A stretch of DNA of 64,000 nucleotides, from contig CAYXBP010000002.1 of NCBI GenBank assembly GCA_964463355.1, positions 77,846 through 141,845 of the forward strand, written 5' to 3'. The DNA is from an uncultured Ruminococcus sp. GTDB lineage: Bacteria > Bacillota > Clostridia > Oscillospirales > Ruminococcaceae. Position 1 is the stretch's first letter. Each line of letters starts with the position of its first letter. Shown here one piece after another: positions 48,143-56,845 of the stretch. The notes beneath the pieces are model-generated. The model saw only the letters and a program-made list of their open reading frames with translations, was not told the DNA's origin and searched no databases. The position numbers and the translations under genes are program-made.

Positions 48143-49096
48143 ATGGCTCGCCGTCGTATTTTGTGGGGACGCGTCTTTGCGTCCGCCTGTGTATTGATCG
48201 CTCTGGTCTTTCTGCTGGGTGCCTGTGTCAGTTCCTGCTTCGGAGGAGATGACATCGACAGTTCCGTCCCTGGGCCAATCGTCGTTTCTACCCCCGACAG
48301 TTCCCTTACAGACTCTGGTTCTTCTGCGCAGGATTCTACACCATCTAACCCATCCGGCACCACCCTGAACAACTATACTGAAATTACTGTGGAACCCGCA
48401 CAAATCTATTCTGGCAATCTGGTGCTGGTCAACAGCAGCCACGCATCCCATCTCTCAGAGGAGGAATTGGCTCTGGAAGCGGTTGCTTATGTGCAGGGCA
48501 AACCTGATTGCTATACGGTTTCTTACCCTGCAAGAACCCTGCTCAACACCACTGCACTCTCTTCGTTTAACAAGTTGATGGAAGCCTACTTTTCTGCCAC
48601 TGCCAATAAAGAGATCATGGTCAATGACGGATATCTGGCAAAAGATGCGCCCAAAAGCACCAAAGAATCAACCACTGGTCTGAGCATTCAGCTGCACCTG
48701 AATAAAACAGGTGGCGGCTTCGGCTATATCACCAATACATCGCCCTATTCGTGGCTTTATGAGCATATGGCAGAGTACGGCTATATTCTACGCTACCCAG
48801 AGGGAAAAGAAGAGCTAACTGGCAGCACCGCCACCGATACTGTCATTCGATATGTAGGTGCGCCTCACGCAAAGTATATCAGTGCGCACAACCTCTGCCT
48901 GGAAGAATATCTTGACTTGCTCAAGGAGCAATACGGATACGGCAAGGGTATGTTGCATTATGAGGGCTACATCATTTACTATGTGCCAGCAAATCTCACT
49001 GGAAGCACCACCGTGCCCGTACCCACCGCCGCAGACTACACCATCAGCGGCAATAATATCGATGGCTTTATCGTTACCGCGAATGAAAGCGAATGA
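48143..49096 (+). CDS. Membrane-anchored VanY/peptidase M15B-like protein with substituted catalytic residues
   Basis: TM anchor, S/T/P linker, then WLYEHMAEYGYILRYPEGKEELTG and IRYVGAPHAKYI, which match the D,D-carboxypeptidase VanY fold pattern. Confidence 0.7.
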   Translation: MARRRILWGRVFASACVLIALVFLLGACVSSCFGGDDIDSSVPGPIVVSTPDSSLTDSGSSAQDSTPSNPSGTTLNNYTEITVEPAQIYSGNLVLVNSSHASHLSEEELALEAVAYVQGKPDCYTVSYPARTLLNTTALSSFNKLMEAYFSATANKEIMVNDGYLAKDAPKSTKESTTGLSIQLHLNKTGGGFGYITNTSPYSWLYEHMAEYGYILRYPEGKEELTGSTATDTVIRYVGAPHAKYISAHNLCLEEYLDLLKEQYGYGKGMLHYEGYIIYYVPANLTGSTTVPVPTAADYTISGNNIDGFIVTANESE

Positions 49097-49103
49097 TACG
49101 CAC

Positions 49104-49670
49104 ATGATACGCAAACATCATGCCGAGGGTGATGAAAAAAAAGGATTCCTTTCATGGCTTCGCAAATCGGCACAAAAGCCTGCCGATACTGTCGTATTTC
49201 TTCCAAGACTGATCTGTTGTATGGAACAGATGCTGTATATCAACTTATCCGATGCCTTTATCTGCCTGCGCAATACCAAAACCGAATGTATCTTCCGCCA
49301 TAAGCAAAACGGTTTGCGCCTTTGTGTTTCGGTAATGCAAAGCGATCTGCCCATCCATCGGCTCACTACCGAAGAGATTTGCAATGCACTGGGCAGACGG
49401 CTGATTCCTTCCTGCAGAACCGATGACTGTCATTTGCAGGTTTGCGAGCAGCTGCGTGGATTCGTCAAACACTCCCCTACGCTACAGGTGCATTTCATCA
49501 TTGGCAGTGGCACTAACGCAGAGGAACACGCATTATATCTGCTGCAATGGAATCACAAGCTGTATGCAGCAGCCTTTTCAAATATCACCGAGCAAAATGC
49601 GCCGCTGATTGCGCCCATTTGCGCAAGCATTTCCCTGCGGCATCACCACCCCGAACAGGCAAATCCATAA
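49104..49670 (+). CDS. Hypothetical Cys/His-rich protein (tentative)
   Basis: This is the C-terminal part of tracked ORF 48858..49670. It starts just after or overlapping the VanY-like stop (ATG at 49083 or 49104). By eye its codon usage resembles neighbouring genes. It is followed by an 11-bp hairpin at 49714-49742. Confidence 0.4.
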   Translation: MIRKHHAEGDEKKGFLSWLRKSAQKPADTVVFLPRLICCMEQMLYINLSDAFICLRNTKTECIFRHKQNGLRLCVSVMQSDLPIHRLTTEEICNALGRRLIPSCRTDDCHLQVCEQLRGFVKHSPTLQVHFIIGSGTNAEEHALYLLQWNHKLYAAAFSNITEQNAPLIAPICASISLRHHHPEQANP

Positions 49671-49713
49671 TAAAGCAACAGTCTGATGCAATAAACAATC
49701 ATAAGTTTTACGA

Positions 49714-49742
49714 GGGGAAAGCGGTATATGTCCGCTTTCCCC
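49714..49742 (+). terminator. GC-rich hairpin (weak U-tract)
   Basis: GGGGAAAGCGG-tatatgt-CCGCTTTCCCC. Confidence 0.4.
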
Positions 49743-49838
49743 TCTAATTGCAATATATGAAGTGTTCCGCTGCCTTACGGAATCGCCCCACTGTGCGCCA
49801 CGGGAATGTGCAGTTTCACAAAGGAGAAATGATCAAAA

Positions 49839-50582
49839 ATGCTGACGCAGAACTTCACCCATAGTGATGCTGCTGCAATCAGAGAAAGAGAAAATGCAAT
49901 GAATACATGCGAGATTCAACGAGTACTTTTCAACAATCAAGAAAAACAATATCGTGATTTTCTGGTGAAGCTTCTGCCTACGCTGGATGCACAAACAGTG
50001 ATCGGTATTAGAACACCGTTTTTGCGCAGATTCGCCAAAATGCTTTACAAAGAACACGATTTTACTGGTTTTTTGAACGATTTGCCGCATCCGTATTTTG
50101 ATGAGAACCAACTTCATGCTTTTTTGATTTGCGAAATGGAGGATTTTGCTCTTTGTATGGATGCCTTGAACCAGTTTCTTCCTTATGTTGATAATTGGGC
50201 AACCTGCGACCAGATGTCCCCAAAGGTTTTCAAAAAGCATAAGGAACGGTTGCTGGAACAGATAAAAGAATGGCTGAATTCCCCTGAAACCTATACGTTG
50301 CGGTTTGCGGTGAAAATGCTGATGGAGCATTTTCTGAATGAGGACTTTGCGACGGAATACCCAAGAAGGATTGCCAAGATCCGCTCTGAGGAATACTATG
50401 TAAACATGATGATCGCTTGGTATTTTGCAACGGCACTTGCAAAACAATATGAGGCAATTCTGCCCTTTTTGGAAGAACAGTATCTTGACAAGTGGACGCA
50501 TAATAAAGCAATTCAAAAAGCACTGGAAAGTTATCGTATTTCGGAGGATCAGAAACAGTATTTGCGAACTTTGAAGATTTGA
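49839..50582 (+). CDS. DNA alkylation repair protein (AlkD-like HEAT-repeat family)
   Basis: YRDFLVKLLPTLDAQTVIGIRTPFLRRFAK...NWATCDQMSPKVF matches the pattern of the DNA alkylation repair family. The ATG at 49899 is an alternative start. Confidence 0.75.
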   Translation: MLTQNFTHSDAAAIRERENAMNTCEIQRVLFNNQEKQYRDFLVKLLPTLDAQTVIGIRTPFLRRFAKMLYKEHDFTGFLNDLPHPYFDENQLHAFLICEMEDFALCMDALNQFLPYVDNWATCDQMSPKVFKKHKERLLEQIKEWLNSPETYTLRFAVKMLMEHFLNEDFATEYPRRIAKIRSEEYYVNMMIAWYFATALAKQYEAILPFLEEQYLDKWTHNKAIQKALESYRISEDQKQYLRTLKI

Positions 50583-50816
50583 AAATGCATCGCAGATGTA
50601 CTGGCACGGTTTTTCCAATCGGCAGCATCACTTTGCATCGACACCTGCCCAGTGCAAGCTGTACTTATCCCCCAGCGTGCGTATCTATTTTTGTTTGACA
50701 GTGTCCTTTTGTGTCGAATCGGCATATGATGTAGCAAGGCATCACCTTGCGGCAATACCGCTCAAAGTCCGAACTGCGCGGTGATGCCTTACTTTCCCGA
50801 AAGGAGATACACTGCA

Positions 50817-51014
50817 ATGCAGACAACGATAGAAATTCGCAGTGAAACCAATGCACAGCAGGTCAAGCGACTGCTGCAAAGGCAGCATATTGCCTTTGAA
50901 AGCCGCAAACAGACCACATCCAGCGGCTGCATAACCGTTTTTCGCACGGCTGCCTCGCCCGAAGTGGTACGAGAGCTGCTCCGACAGCACCGTATCCCCT
51001 TTGAAATCCTATGA
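50817..51014 (+). CDS. DUF3343-like small protein (putative S/Se carrier)
   Basis: MQTTIEIRSETNAQQVKRLLQRQHIAFESRKQTTSSGCITVF. AAGGAG RBS. ATGA overlap with the downstream desulfurase gene. Confidence 0.6.
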   Translation: MQTTIEIRSETNAQQVKRLLQRQHIAFESRKQTTSSGCITVFRTAASPEVVRELLRQHRIPFEIL

Positions 51015-52174
51015 ACGCACAGCGATGGGACAAAGGGCAGCGGCAGCCTGCCCCAATCTATTTTGATAATGCCGCAACAACGTTTCCAAAGCCCACTTGC
51101 GTTCATGAGGCAGTATCGAATGCAATGCGATACAGTGGTGGTAATCCAGGGCGTGGAGGGCATATTCTGGCAGAGCGCGCCGGAGATGTGGTTTTCTCTG
51201 CCAGAGAAACCATTGCGCGTCATTTCGGCACCGAACCACAGCAGATTATCTTTACGGCAAATTGCACCCACGCGCTCAATCTTGCGATATATGGTGCAGT
51301 GCGACAAGGCGACCATATTATCATCAGCAGCATGGAGCATAATTCCGTGTATCGTCCCGTTGCAGCACTTGCTGATGCAGGTGTCTGCACCTACAGCATC
51401 GCAACCGTTGCCCCTGATGCCGAAACAACCATTGCAAACTTCAAACGATGCCTGCACCCCAACACGCGCATCGTGATTTGTACCCTGGTCAGCAATGTCA
51501 CAGGGCAAGTTCTCCCTTACCGCCAAATCGCTGCATTTTGCCACGAAAAAGGGCTGATTTTCATCGCTGACGGCGCACAGGCTTGCGGCGTGCTGCCCAT
51601 CACTTTGGCTGACGGTATGCAAATTCTCTGTACGGCAGGGCACAAGGGTTTATACGGCCCGATGGGCACAGGCTTGCTCATCAGTGATGGTACCATCCCT
51701 CTTACCCCATTGATGCAGGGCGGTACGGGTTCATTGTCGGCAAGCATCAAACAACCCGACTTTCTCCCCGATGCACTGGAATCAGGTACAGTGAATGTAT
51801 GCGGCATAGCAGGGTTGCACGCTGGTTTGCGATGGGTAGAACAACAAGGCATACAGCAGATCCATGAACGGGAATCTGTACTGTGCCAACAGTTCCTAAA
51901 AGGTCTGCGCAACATTCCAAATACCGTCATATTTCGCTATAGAGATGCCCGATATGCCCCGGTGGTTTCCTTTGCACCCAAAACAGGCGAATGTTCTGCC
52001 CTTGCCACCAGACTGCAACAGCAAGGATTCTGCCTGCGCAGTGGCTTGCATTGTGCCCCGCTTGCCCACGAAACCATCGGTACAAAAGCACAGGGTACCA
52101 TACGATTTGCACCATCGGTGTTCAATACACCGCGTCAAGTCAATGCGCTGCTGCGTGCTATTCAAACCGCATAA
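51011..52174 (+). CDS. Class V aminotransferase-fold PLP enzyme (cysteine desulfurase / selenocysteine lyase-like)
   Basis: IYFDNAATTFPKP, and CTAGHKGLYGPMGTGLL containing the PLP-lysine context. Confidence 0.8.
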   Translation: MNAQRWDKGQRQPAPIYFDNAATTFPKPTCVHEAVSNAMRYSGGNPGRGGHILAERAGDVVFSARETIARHFGTEPQQIIFTANCTHALNLAIYGAVRQGDHIIISSMEHNSVYRPVAALADAGVCTYSIATVAPDAETTIANFKRCLHPNTRIVICTLVSNVTGQVLPYRQIAAFCHEKGLIFIADGAQACGVLPITLADGMQILCTAGHKGLYGPMGTGLLISDGTIPLTPLMQGGTGSLSASIKQPDFLPDALESGTVNVCGIAGLHAGLRWVEQQGIQQIHERESVLCQQFLKGLRNIPNTVIFRYRDARYAPVVSFAPKTGECSALATRLQQQGFCLRSGLHCAPLAHETIGTKAQGTIRFAPSVFNTPRQVNALLRAIQTA

Positions 52175-52216
52175 AGTGTACAGTTTGCCCGCGAATCATT
52201 GGAGTAATTGGCATAC

Positions 52217-52257
52217 GGAGGGAAGAACCCCATGGGGGCTTCCCTCTCCTTTTTTTG
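52217..52257 (+). terminator. Rho-independent terminator after the desulfurase gene
   Basis: GGAGGGAAG...CTTCCCTC stem with an inner CCCCATGGGG palindrome, followed by a T7 run. Confidence 0.75.
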
Positions 52258-52396
52258 TGATTTTGACGAATCGCAGATTTTACAAAATTGTGAAGAAATC
52301 GTCAGGATTTATTGGCGTTTTTTGAAAAGTTAGAGTCGTTTGACGGATTTGTGGAAAGGCACAAAAAGAATCCATAAAAGTTGTGCATTTTTAATC

Positions 52397-52425
52397 TTGA
52401 TTTTTTGTGCGCAATATGGTACAAT
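52397..52425 (+). promoter_or_regulatory. Sigma-A-type promoter for hydCBA
   Basis: TTGATT, 17 nt, TACAAT, with a TGg extension. Confidence 0.5.
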
Positions 52426-52532
52426 TGTACAAGCATAGCATCGTTATCGAATGAATGACCTCAGGGCGGCAATGACGATGCTTTTTCTATGTCGCCTGCT
52501 GAAACAATTCTTATAAGGAGGAAACCTGTTTC

Positions 52533-53030
52533 ATGAGCAAAAAATTCTCTACACTCCCGTTCCAGGGCACCAAGCAGCAGGAGGAGGAGCTCGTTGCCGT
52601 GATTGAAGCCACCAAGGGCGATTCCGGCGCACTGATGCCGATCATGCAGAAAGCACAGGATATCTACGGCTATCTCCCCATTGAGGTGCAGACCATCATC
52701 GCCGAGCATCTGAACATTCCGCTGGAGAAGGTCTATGGCGTAGCAACCTTCTATGCACAGTTCACGCTTGCCCCCAAGGGTAAGTACCGCATCTCCGTAT
52801 GCCTGGGTACTGCCTGCTATGTCAAGGGCGCAGCAGCACTGGTGGATCGTCTGTCGGAGTGTCTGGGCATCGGCGTAGGTGAGATCACCCCCGATGGCAA
52901 GTTCTCACTGGATGACTGTCGCTGCATCGGTGCTTGCGGTCTGGCTCCCGTGCTGACCATCAACGATGATGTTTATGGCAGACTGACAGCGGATGACATT
53001 GATTCCATTCTGGCAAAGTACGCGGACTGA
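52533..53030 (+). CDS. hydC: NuoE-like [2Fe-2S] subunit of the NADH-dependent/bifurcating [FeFe]-hydrogenase
   Basis: VCLGTACYVKG...CRCIGACGLAPV is the NuoE/HndA pattern. Confidence 0.9.
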   Translation: MSKKFSTLPFQGTKQQEEELVAVIEATKGDSGALMPIMQKAQDIYGYLPIEVQTIIAEHLNIPLEKVYGVATFYAQFTLAPKGKYRISVCLGTACYVKGAAALVDRLSECLGIGVGEITPDGKFSLDDCRCIGACGLAPVLTINDDVYGRLTADDIDSILAKYAD

Positions 53031-53081
53031 GCAAATCTTGCTGAGGCTGTGTAAAACCAATCCAATCTAGGAGGATATACA

Positions 53082-54959
53082 ATGAAGACTTATGAGGAAC
53101 TCAAGGCGATCAGAGAGCGTGCCGAAAAGGAAGTTGCTCTGAGAACCCATGGCGGCGCCTCTTCCCGATACGAAAGACATGTGCTGGTTTGCGGCGGTAC
53201 CGGTTGTACTTCTTCCGGCTCCCAAAAGATCATTGCCGAGCTGGAAAAGCAGCTTGCTGCTTTTGATCTCACCGATAAGGTGCAAATCGTAAAGACTGGC
53301 TGCTTCGGTCTGTGCGCAAAAGGCCCGATCATGATCGTTTACCCCGAAGGCTCTTTCTATTCGATGGTCAAGGTAGAAGAAATCGCCAAAATCGTTGAAG
53401 AGCACCTGAAGAATGGTAACCCTGTTAAGGAATTCCTGTATGAGGAAACCTTGCACGGCGACCACATCAAAGCATTGGATGAGACAAACTTCTACGCAAA
53501 GCAGCACCGTGTCGCTCTGCGTAACTGCGGCGTGATCAACCCTGAGTGCATCGAGGAGTACATCGGCAGAGGCGGTTATGAGGCTCTGGCAAAGGTGGTC
53601 ACCTCCATGACCCCCGAAGAGGTCATCCAGACCGTTCTGGACAGTGGCCTGCGTGGCAGAGGCGGCGGCGGCTTCCCCACTGGTATGAAATGGAAGCTCG
53701 CAAGAAACCTCGTGCCCGATGCCGATATCAAGTATGTATGCTGTAACGCCGATGAGGGCGACCCAGGCGCATTTATGGATCGTTCCATCCTGGAGGGTGA
53801 CCCCCATGTTCTGATCGAAGCAATGGCAATCGCAGCTTTCGCCATTGGCGCAAGTCAGGGCTATGTCTATGTCCGCGCAGAGTACCCTATCGCTGTACAG
53901 CGTCTGCGCTTCGCCATCCAGCAAGCGCGCGAAACTGGTCTGCTGGGCAAGAACATCTTCGGCTCCGACTTCAGCTTTGATATGGATCTGCGTCTGGGCG
54001 CAGGTGCGTTTGTCTGCGGTGAGGAAACTGCACTGATGACCTCTATTGAGGGCAACCGTGGTGAGCCTCGTCCCCGTCCGCCTTTCCCTGCTGAGAAAGG
54101 TCTGTACAACAAGCCTACCATCCTCAACAACGTGGAAACCTACGCAAACATTCCCCAGATCATCGTGAACGGTGCTGAGTGGTATGCCGCAATGGGTAAG
54201 GATAACTCTAAGGGCACGAAGGTGTTCGCGCTGGGCGGTAAGGTCACCAACACTGGTCTGGTGGAGGTGCCTATGGGCACCACACTCCGTGAGATTATTG
54301 AGGAAATCGGTGGCGGTATTCCCAACGGAAAGAAGTTCAAGGCAGCACAGGCAGGCGGCCCGTCTGGCGGTTGTATCCCCGCACAGCATTACGACGTGAA
54401 TGTTGACTACGACAGCCTCGCAAAGATTGGCTGTATGATCGGCTCTGGCGGTCTGATCGTTATGGACGAGGATAACTGCATGGTCGATATCGCAAAATTC
54501 TTCCTGGAGTTCACCATGGATGAATCCTGCGGTAAGTGCGCACCTTGCCGTATCGGTACTAAGAGAATGTACGAGATTCTGGATAAGATCACAAAGGGTC
54601 AGGGCACTCTCGAGGATATCGACAAGCTGGAGGAGCTGTGCAACCACGTAAAGGCAAATTCCTTGTGTGGTCTGGGTCAGACTGCCCCCAACCCCGTTCT
54701 TTCTACGCTGCGTTTCTTCCGTGATGAGTATATCGCTCACGTTGTTGAAAAGCGTTGTCCCGCAGGTGTTTGTAAGGATCTGTTGCAGTACACCATTCTT
54801 GAAGATAAGTGCAAGGGCTGTACCGCTTGTGCAAGAAAGTGCCCCGCAAACGCGATCTCTGGCACCGTGAAGCAGCCGCACACCATTGATCCCGCAAAGT
54901 GCATCAAGTGCGGTGCTTGTATCGATACCTGTAAGTTCGGCGCAATCATCAAAAAGTAA
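53082..54959 (+). CDS. hydB: NuoF-like flavoprotein subunit of the [FeFe]-hydrogenase
   Basis: GLRGRGGGGFPTGMKW (FMN/NADH site), ESCGKCAPCR, and C-terminal 2x[4Fe-4S] CKGCTACARKCP / CIKCGACIDTC. Confidence 0.92.
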   Translation: MKTYEELKAIRERAEKEVALRTHGGASSRYERHVLVCGGTGCTSSGSQKIIAELEKQLAAFDLTDKVQIVKTGCFGLCAKGPIMIVYPEGSFYSMVKVEEIAKIVEEHLKNGNPVKEFLYEETLHGDHIKALDETNFYAKQHRVALRNCGVINPECIEEYIGRGGYEALAKVVTSMTPEEVIQTVLDSGLRGRGGGGFPTGMKWKLARNLVPDADIKYVCCNADEGDPGAFMDRSILEGDPHVLIEAMAIAAFAIGASQGYVYVRAEYPIAVQRLRFAIQQARETGLLGKNIFGSDFSFDMDLRLGAGAFVCGEETALMTSIEGNRGEPRPRPPFPAEKGLYNKPTILNNVETYANIPQIIVNGAEWYAAMGKDNSKGTKVFALGGKVTNTGLVEVPMGTTLREIIEEIGGGIPNGKKFKAAQAGGPSGGCIPAQHYDVNVDYDSLAKIGCMIGSGGLIVMDEDNCMVDIAKFFLEFTMDESCGKCAPCRIGTKRMYEILDKITKGQGTLEDIDKLEELCNHVKANSLCGLGQTAPNPVLSTLRFFRDEYIAHVVEKRCPAGVCKDLLQYTILEDKCKGCTACARKCPANAISGTVKQPHTIDPAKCIKCGACIDTCKFGAIIKK

Positions 54960-54973
54960 GGAGGCTTCTCGGC

Positions 54974-56734
54974 ATGAGTGAAATGCTGAATGTAACAATC
55001 AACGGTCAGGCAATTCAAGTTGCCAAGGGCAGCACCATTCTGGAGGCTGCACATCAGGCAAATGTGACCATTCCCACCCTCTGCTACATGAAGGATATCA
55101 ACGAAATCGGTGCTTGCCGTATGTGTATCGTTGAGGCAAATGAAGGCAGAGGCTTCCGCTGCGTTGCAGCATGTGTATATCCCTGCACCGAGGGCATGGA
55201 GATTCTTACCAACAGCCCTAAGGTGCTTGATTCCCGCAAAAAAACACTTGAGCTGATTCTCTCCAACCACGACAGAAAATGTCTCTCTTGCGTACGCAGC
55301 AATAACTGCGAGCTGCAAAAGCTTGCAAAAGATCTGGGCGTTGAGGACGCAAGCCGCTATGACGGTGAGCGAATCGAGTATCCCATTGATACCACCGCTG
55401 CCCATATGTACCGCGATAATAACAAGTGCGTGCTGTGCCGTCGTTGCGTCGCTGTCTGCGAAAAGACACAGGGTATCGGCGTCATTGGCGCCAACGATCG
55501 TGGCATCAGCACCCATATCGGCTCTGCGTTTGAAAAGGGTCTTGGCACAACTGCCTGCGTAAATTGCGGTCAGTGTATCGCCGTGTGCCCCACTGGTGCC
55601 CTCTCCGAAAAGGACTTCACCAAGGAAGTGTTCGCCGCCATCGCTGACCCCAACAAGAAGGTAATTGTTAACACGGCACCTTCCGTCCGAGCTGCTTTGG
55701 GCGAGGCGTTCGGTATGCCCATCGGAACCAATGTGGAAGGAAAAATGGTCGCCGCCCTGCGCAGACTGGGCTTTGACTTCGTGTTCGATACCAACTTCTC
55801 CGCCGACCTGACCATCCTTGAGGAAGGCACAGAGCTGATTGATCGCGTGACCAATAACGGCGTACTGCCGATGATCACCTCCTGCTCTCCTGGTTGGGTC
55901 AAGTTCTGCGAGCATTACTATCCCGATATGCTCCCCCACCTCTCCTCTTGCAAGAGCCCGCAACAGATGTTCGGTGCGGTCACCAAAACCTATTTTGCAG
56001 AAAAAATGGGTTGGGATCCCAAGGATGTCGTATGCGTGAGCATCATGCCCTGTACCGCCAAGAAGTTTGAAAGCGGCAGAGAGGATCAGGCAGCTTCTGG
56101 CTATCCCGATATCGACTACGCACTGACTACCCGTGAGCTTGCCCGTATGATCGAGCGCGCAGGTTTGCAGTTTACTGCCCTGCCCGATGAGAAATTTGAC
56201 GATCCGCTGGGTATCTTCACTGGTGCAGGTCTGCTGTTTGGCGCAACTGGCGGCGTAATGGAGGCTGCTCTGCGTTATGCCGTTGAGGAGATCACTGGCG
56301 ATAAGCTGGGTGCCGACGCCATTGATTTCAAGGAAGTCCGTGGTACCGATGGCATCAAGGAAGCAGCCTACAAGGTTGGGGATCTGGAAGTCAAGGTTGC
56401 AGTTGTCAGCGGTCTGGCAAATGCACGTATCGTAATGGACAAGATCCGCAGCGGCGAAGCAGACTATACTTTCGTTGAGATCATGGCTTGCCCTGGCGGC
56501 TGTGTCAACGGCGGTGGTCAGCCCATCCAGCCTGGCAGCGTTCGTAATTTCAACGATCTGCGTTCACTGCGCGCAAAGGCTCTGTACGATCAGGATGCTA
56601 CCATGGAACTGCGTAAATCTCAGGATAACCCCGCTGTTCAGGCACTTTATACCGAATACCTCGGTAAGCCTGGCAGCCACAAGGCACATGAGATTCTGCA
56701 CACCAGCTATGTCGCAAGAAAGGTCAATTTCTAA
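54974..56734 (+). CDS. hydA: [FeFe]-hydrogenase catalytic subunit (multimeric group A type)
   Basis: N-terminal ferredoxin-like clusters plus H-cluster motifs TSCSPGW, MPCTAKKFE and EIMACPGGCVNGGGQP. Confidence 0.94.
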   Translation: MSEMLNVTINGQAIQVAKGSTILEAAHQANVTIPTLCYMKDINEIGACRMCIVEANEGRGFRCVAACVYPCTEGMEILTNSPKVLDSRKKTLELILSNHDRKCLSCVRSNNCELQKLAKDLGVEDASRYDGERIEYPIDTTAAHMYRDNNKCVLCRRCVAVCEKTQGIGVIGANDRGISTHIGSAFEKGLGTTACVNCGQCIAVCPTGALSEKDFTKEVFAAIADPNKKVIVNTAPSVRAALGEAFGMPIGTNVEGKMVAALRRLGFDFVFDTNFSADLTILEEGTELIDRVTNNGVLPMITSCSPGWVKFCEHYYPDMLPHLSSCKSPQQMFGAVTKTYFAEKMGWDPKDVVCVSIMPCTAKKFESGREDQAASGYPDIDYALTTRELARMIERAGLQFTALPDEKFDDPLGIFTGAGLLFGATGGVMEAALRYAVEEITGDKLGADAIDFKEVRGTDGIKEAAYKVGDLEVKVAVVSGLANARIVMDKIRSGEADYTFVEIMACPGGCVNGGGQPIQPGSVRNFNDLRSLRAKALYDQDATMELRKSQDNPAVQALYTEYLGKPGSHKAHEILHTSYVARKVNF

Positions 56735-56765
56735 TCTTTCAGGCATATTTGTGATGTAAACAACA

Positions 56766-56804
56766 CAAACCCGAAGGGCTGCAACGTCCTTCGGGTTTGT
56801 TTTT
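56766..56804 (+). terminator. Rho-independent terminator after hydA (bidirectional-looking)
   Basis: AAACCCGAAGG / CCTTCGGGTTT stem followed by GTTTTTT. Confidence 0.8.
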
Positions 56805-56845
56805 TATAAGTGAGCATGAAGATTCAAGCACGCCTTAGCAGAATC

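Noticed and set aside
49245-49472. Minus-strand ORF of 75 aa (..MTVIGSAGRNQPSAQCIANLF..).
   Set aside because: It is short. Its GTG start abuts the only SD-like sequence, and it is overlapped by a longer plus-strand ORF with a better gene-like context. It is kept only as an alternative in the finding for 49083-49670.
50789-51643. Minus-strand ORF of 284 aa opposite the DUF3343 and desulfurase genes.
   Set aside because: It is antisense to a clear class V PLP enzyme gene and is Cys-rich.
52260-52430. A Rex operator (TTGTGAA-N4-TTCACAA type) in front of the hydrogenase operon.
   Set aside because: Only a half-site-like TTGTGAA (about 52290) is present, without the inverted partner. The only good palindrome, GTACAATTGTAC, does not match the Rex consensus.
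53067-55963. Long minus-strand ORFs of 643 aa (53067..54998) and 408 aa (54737..55963) opposite the hydrogenase genes.
   Set aside because: They are antisense to unmistakable hydB/hydA coding sequence. Their composition is odd (rich in L/C/H/T/A, with no motifs), as is typical of antisense open frames in GC-balanced genes.
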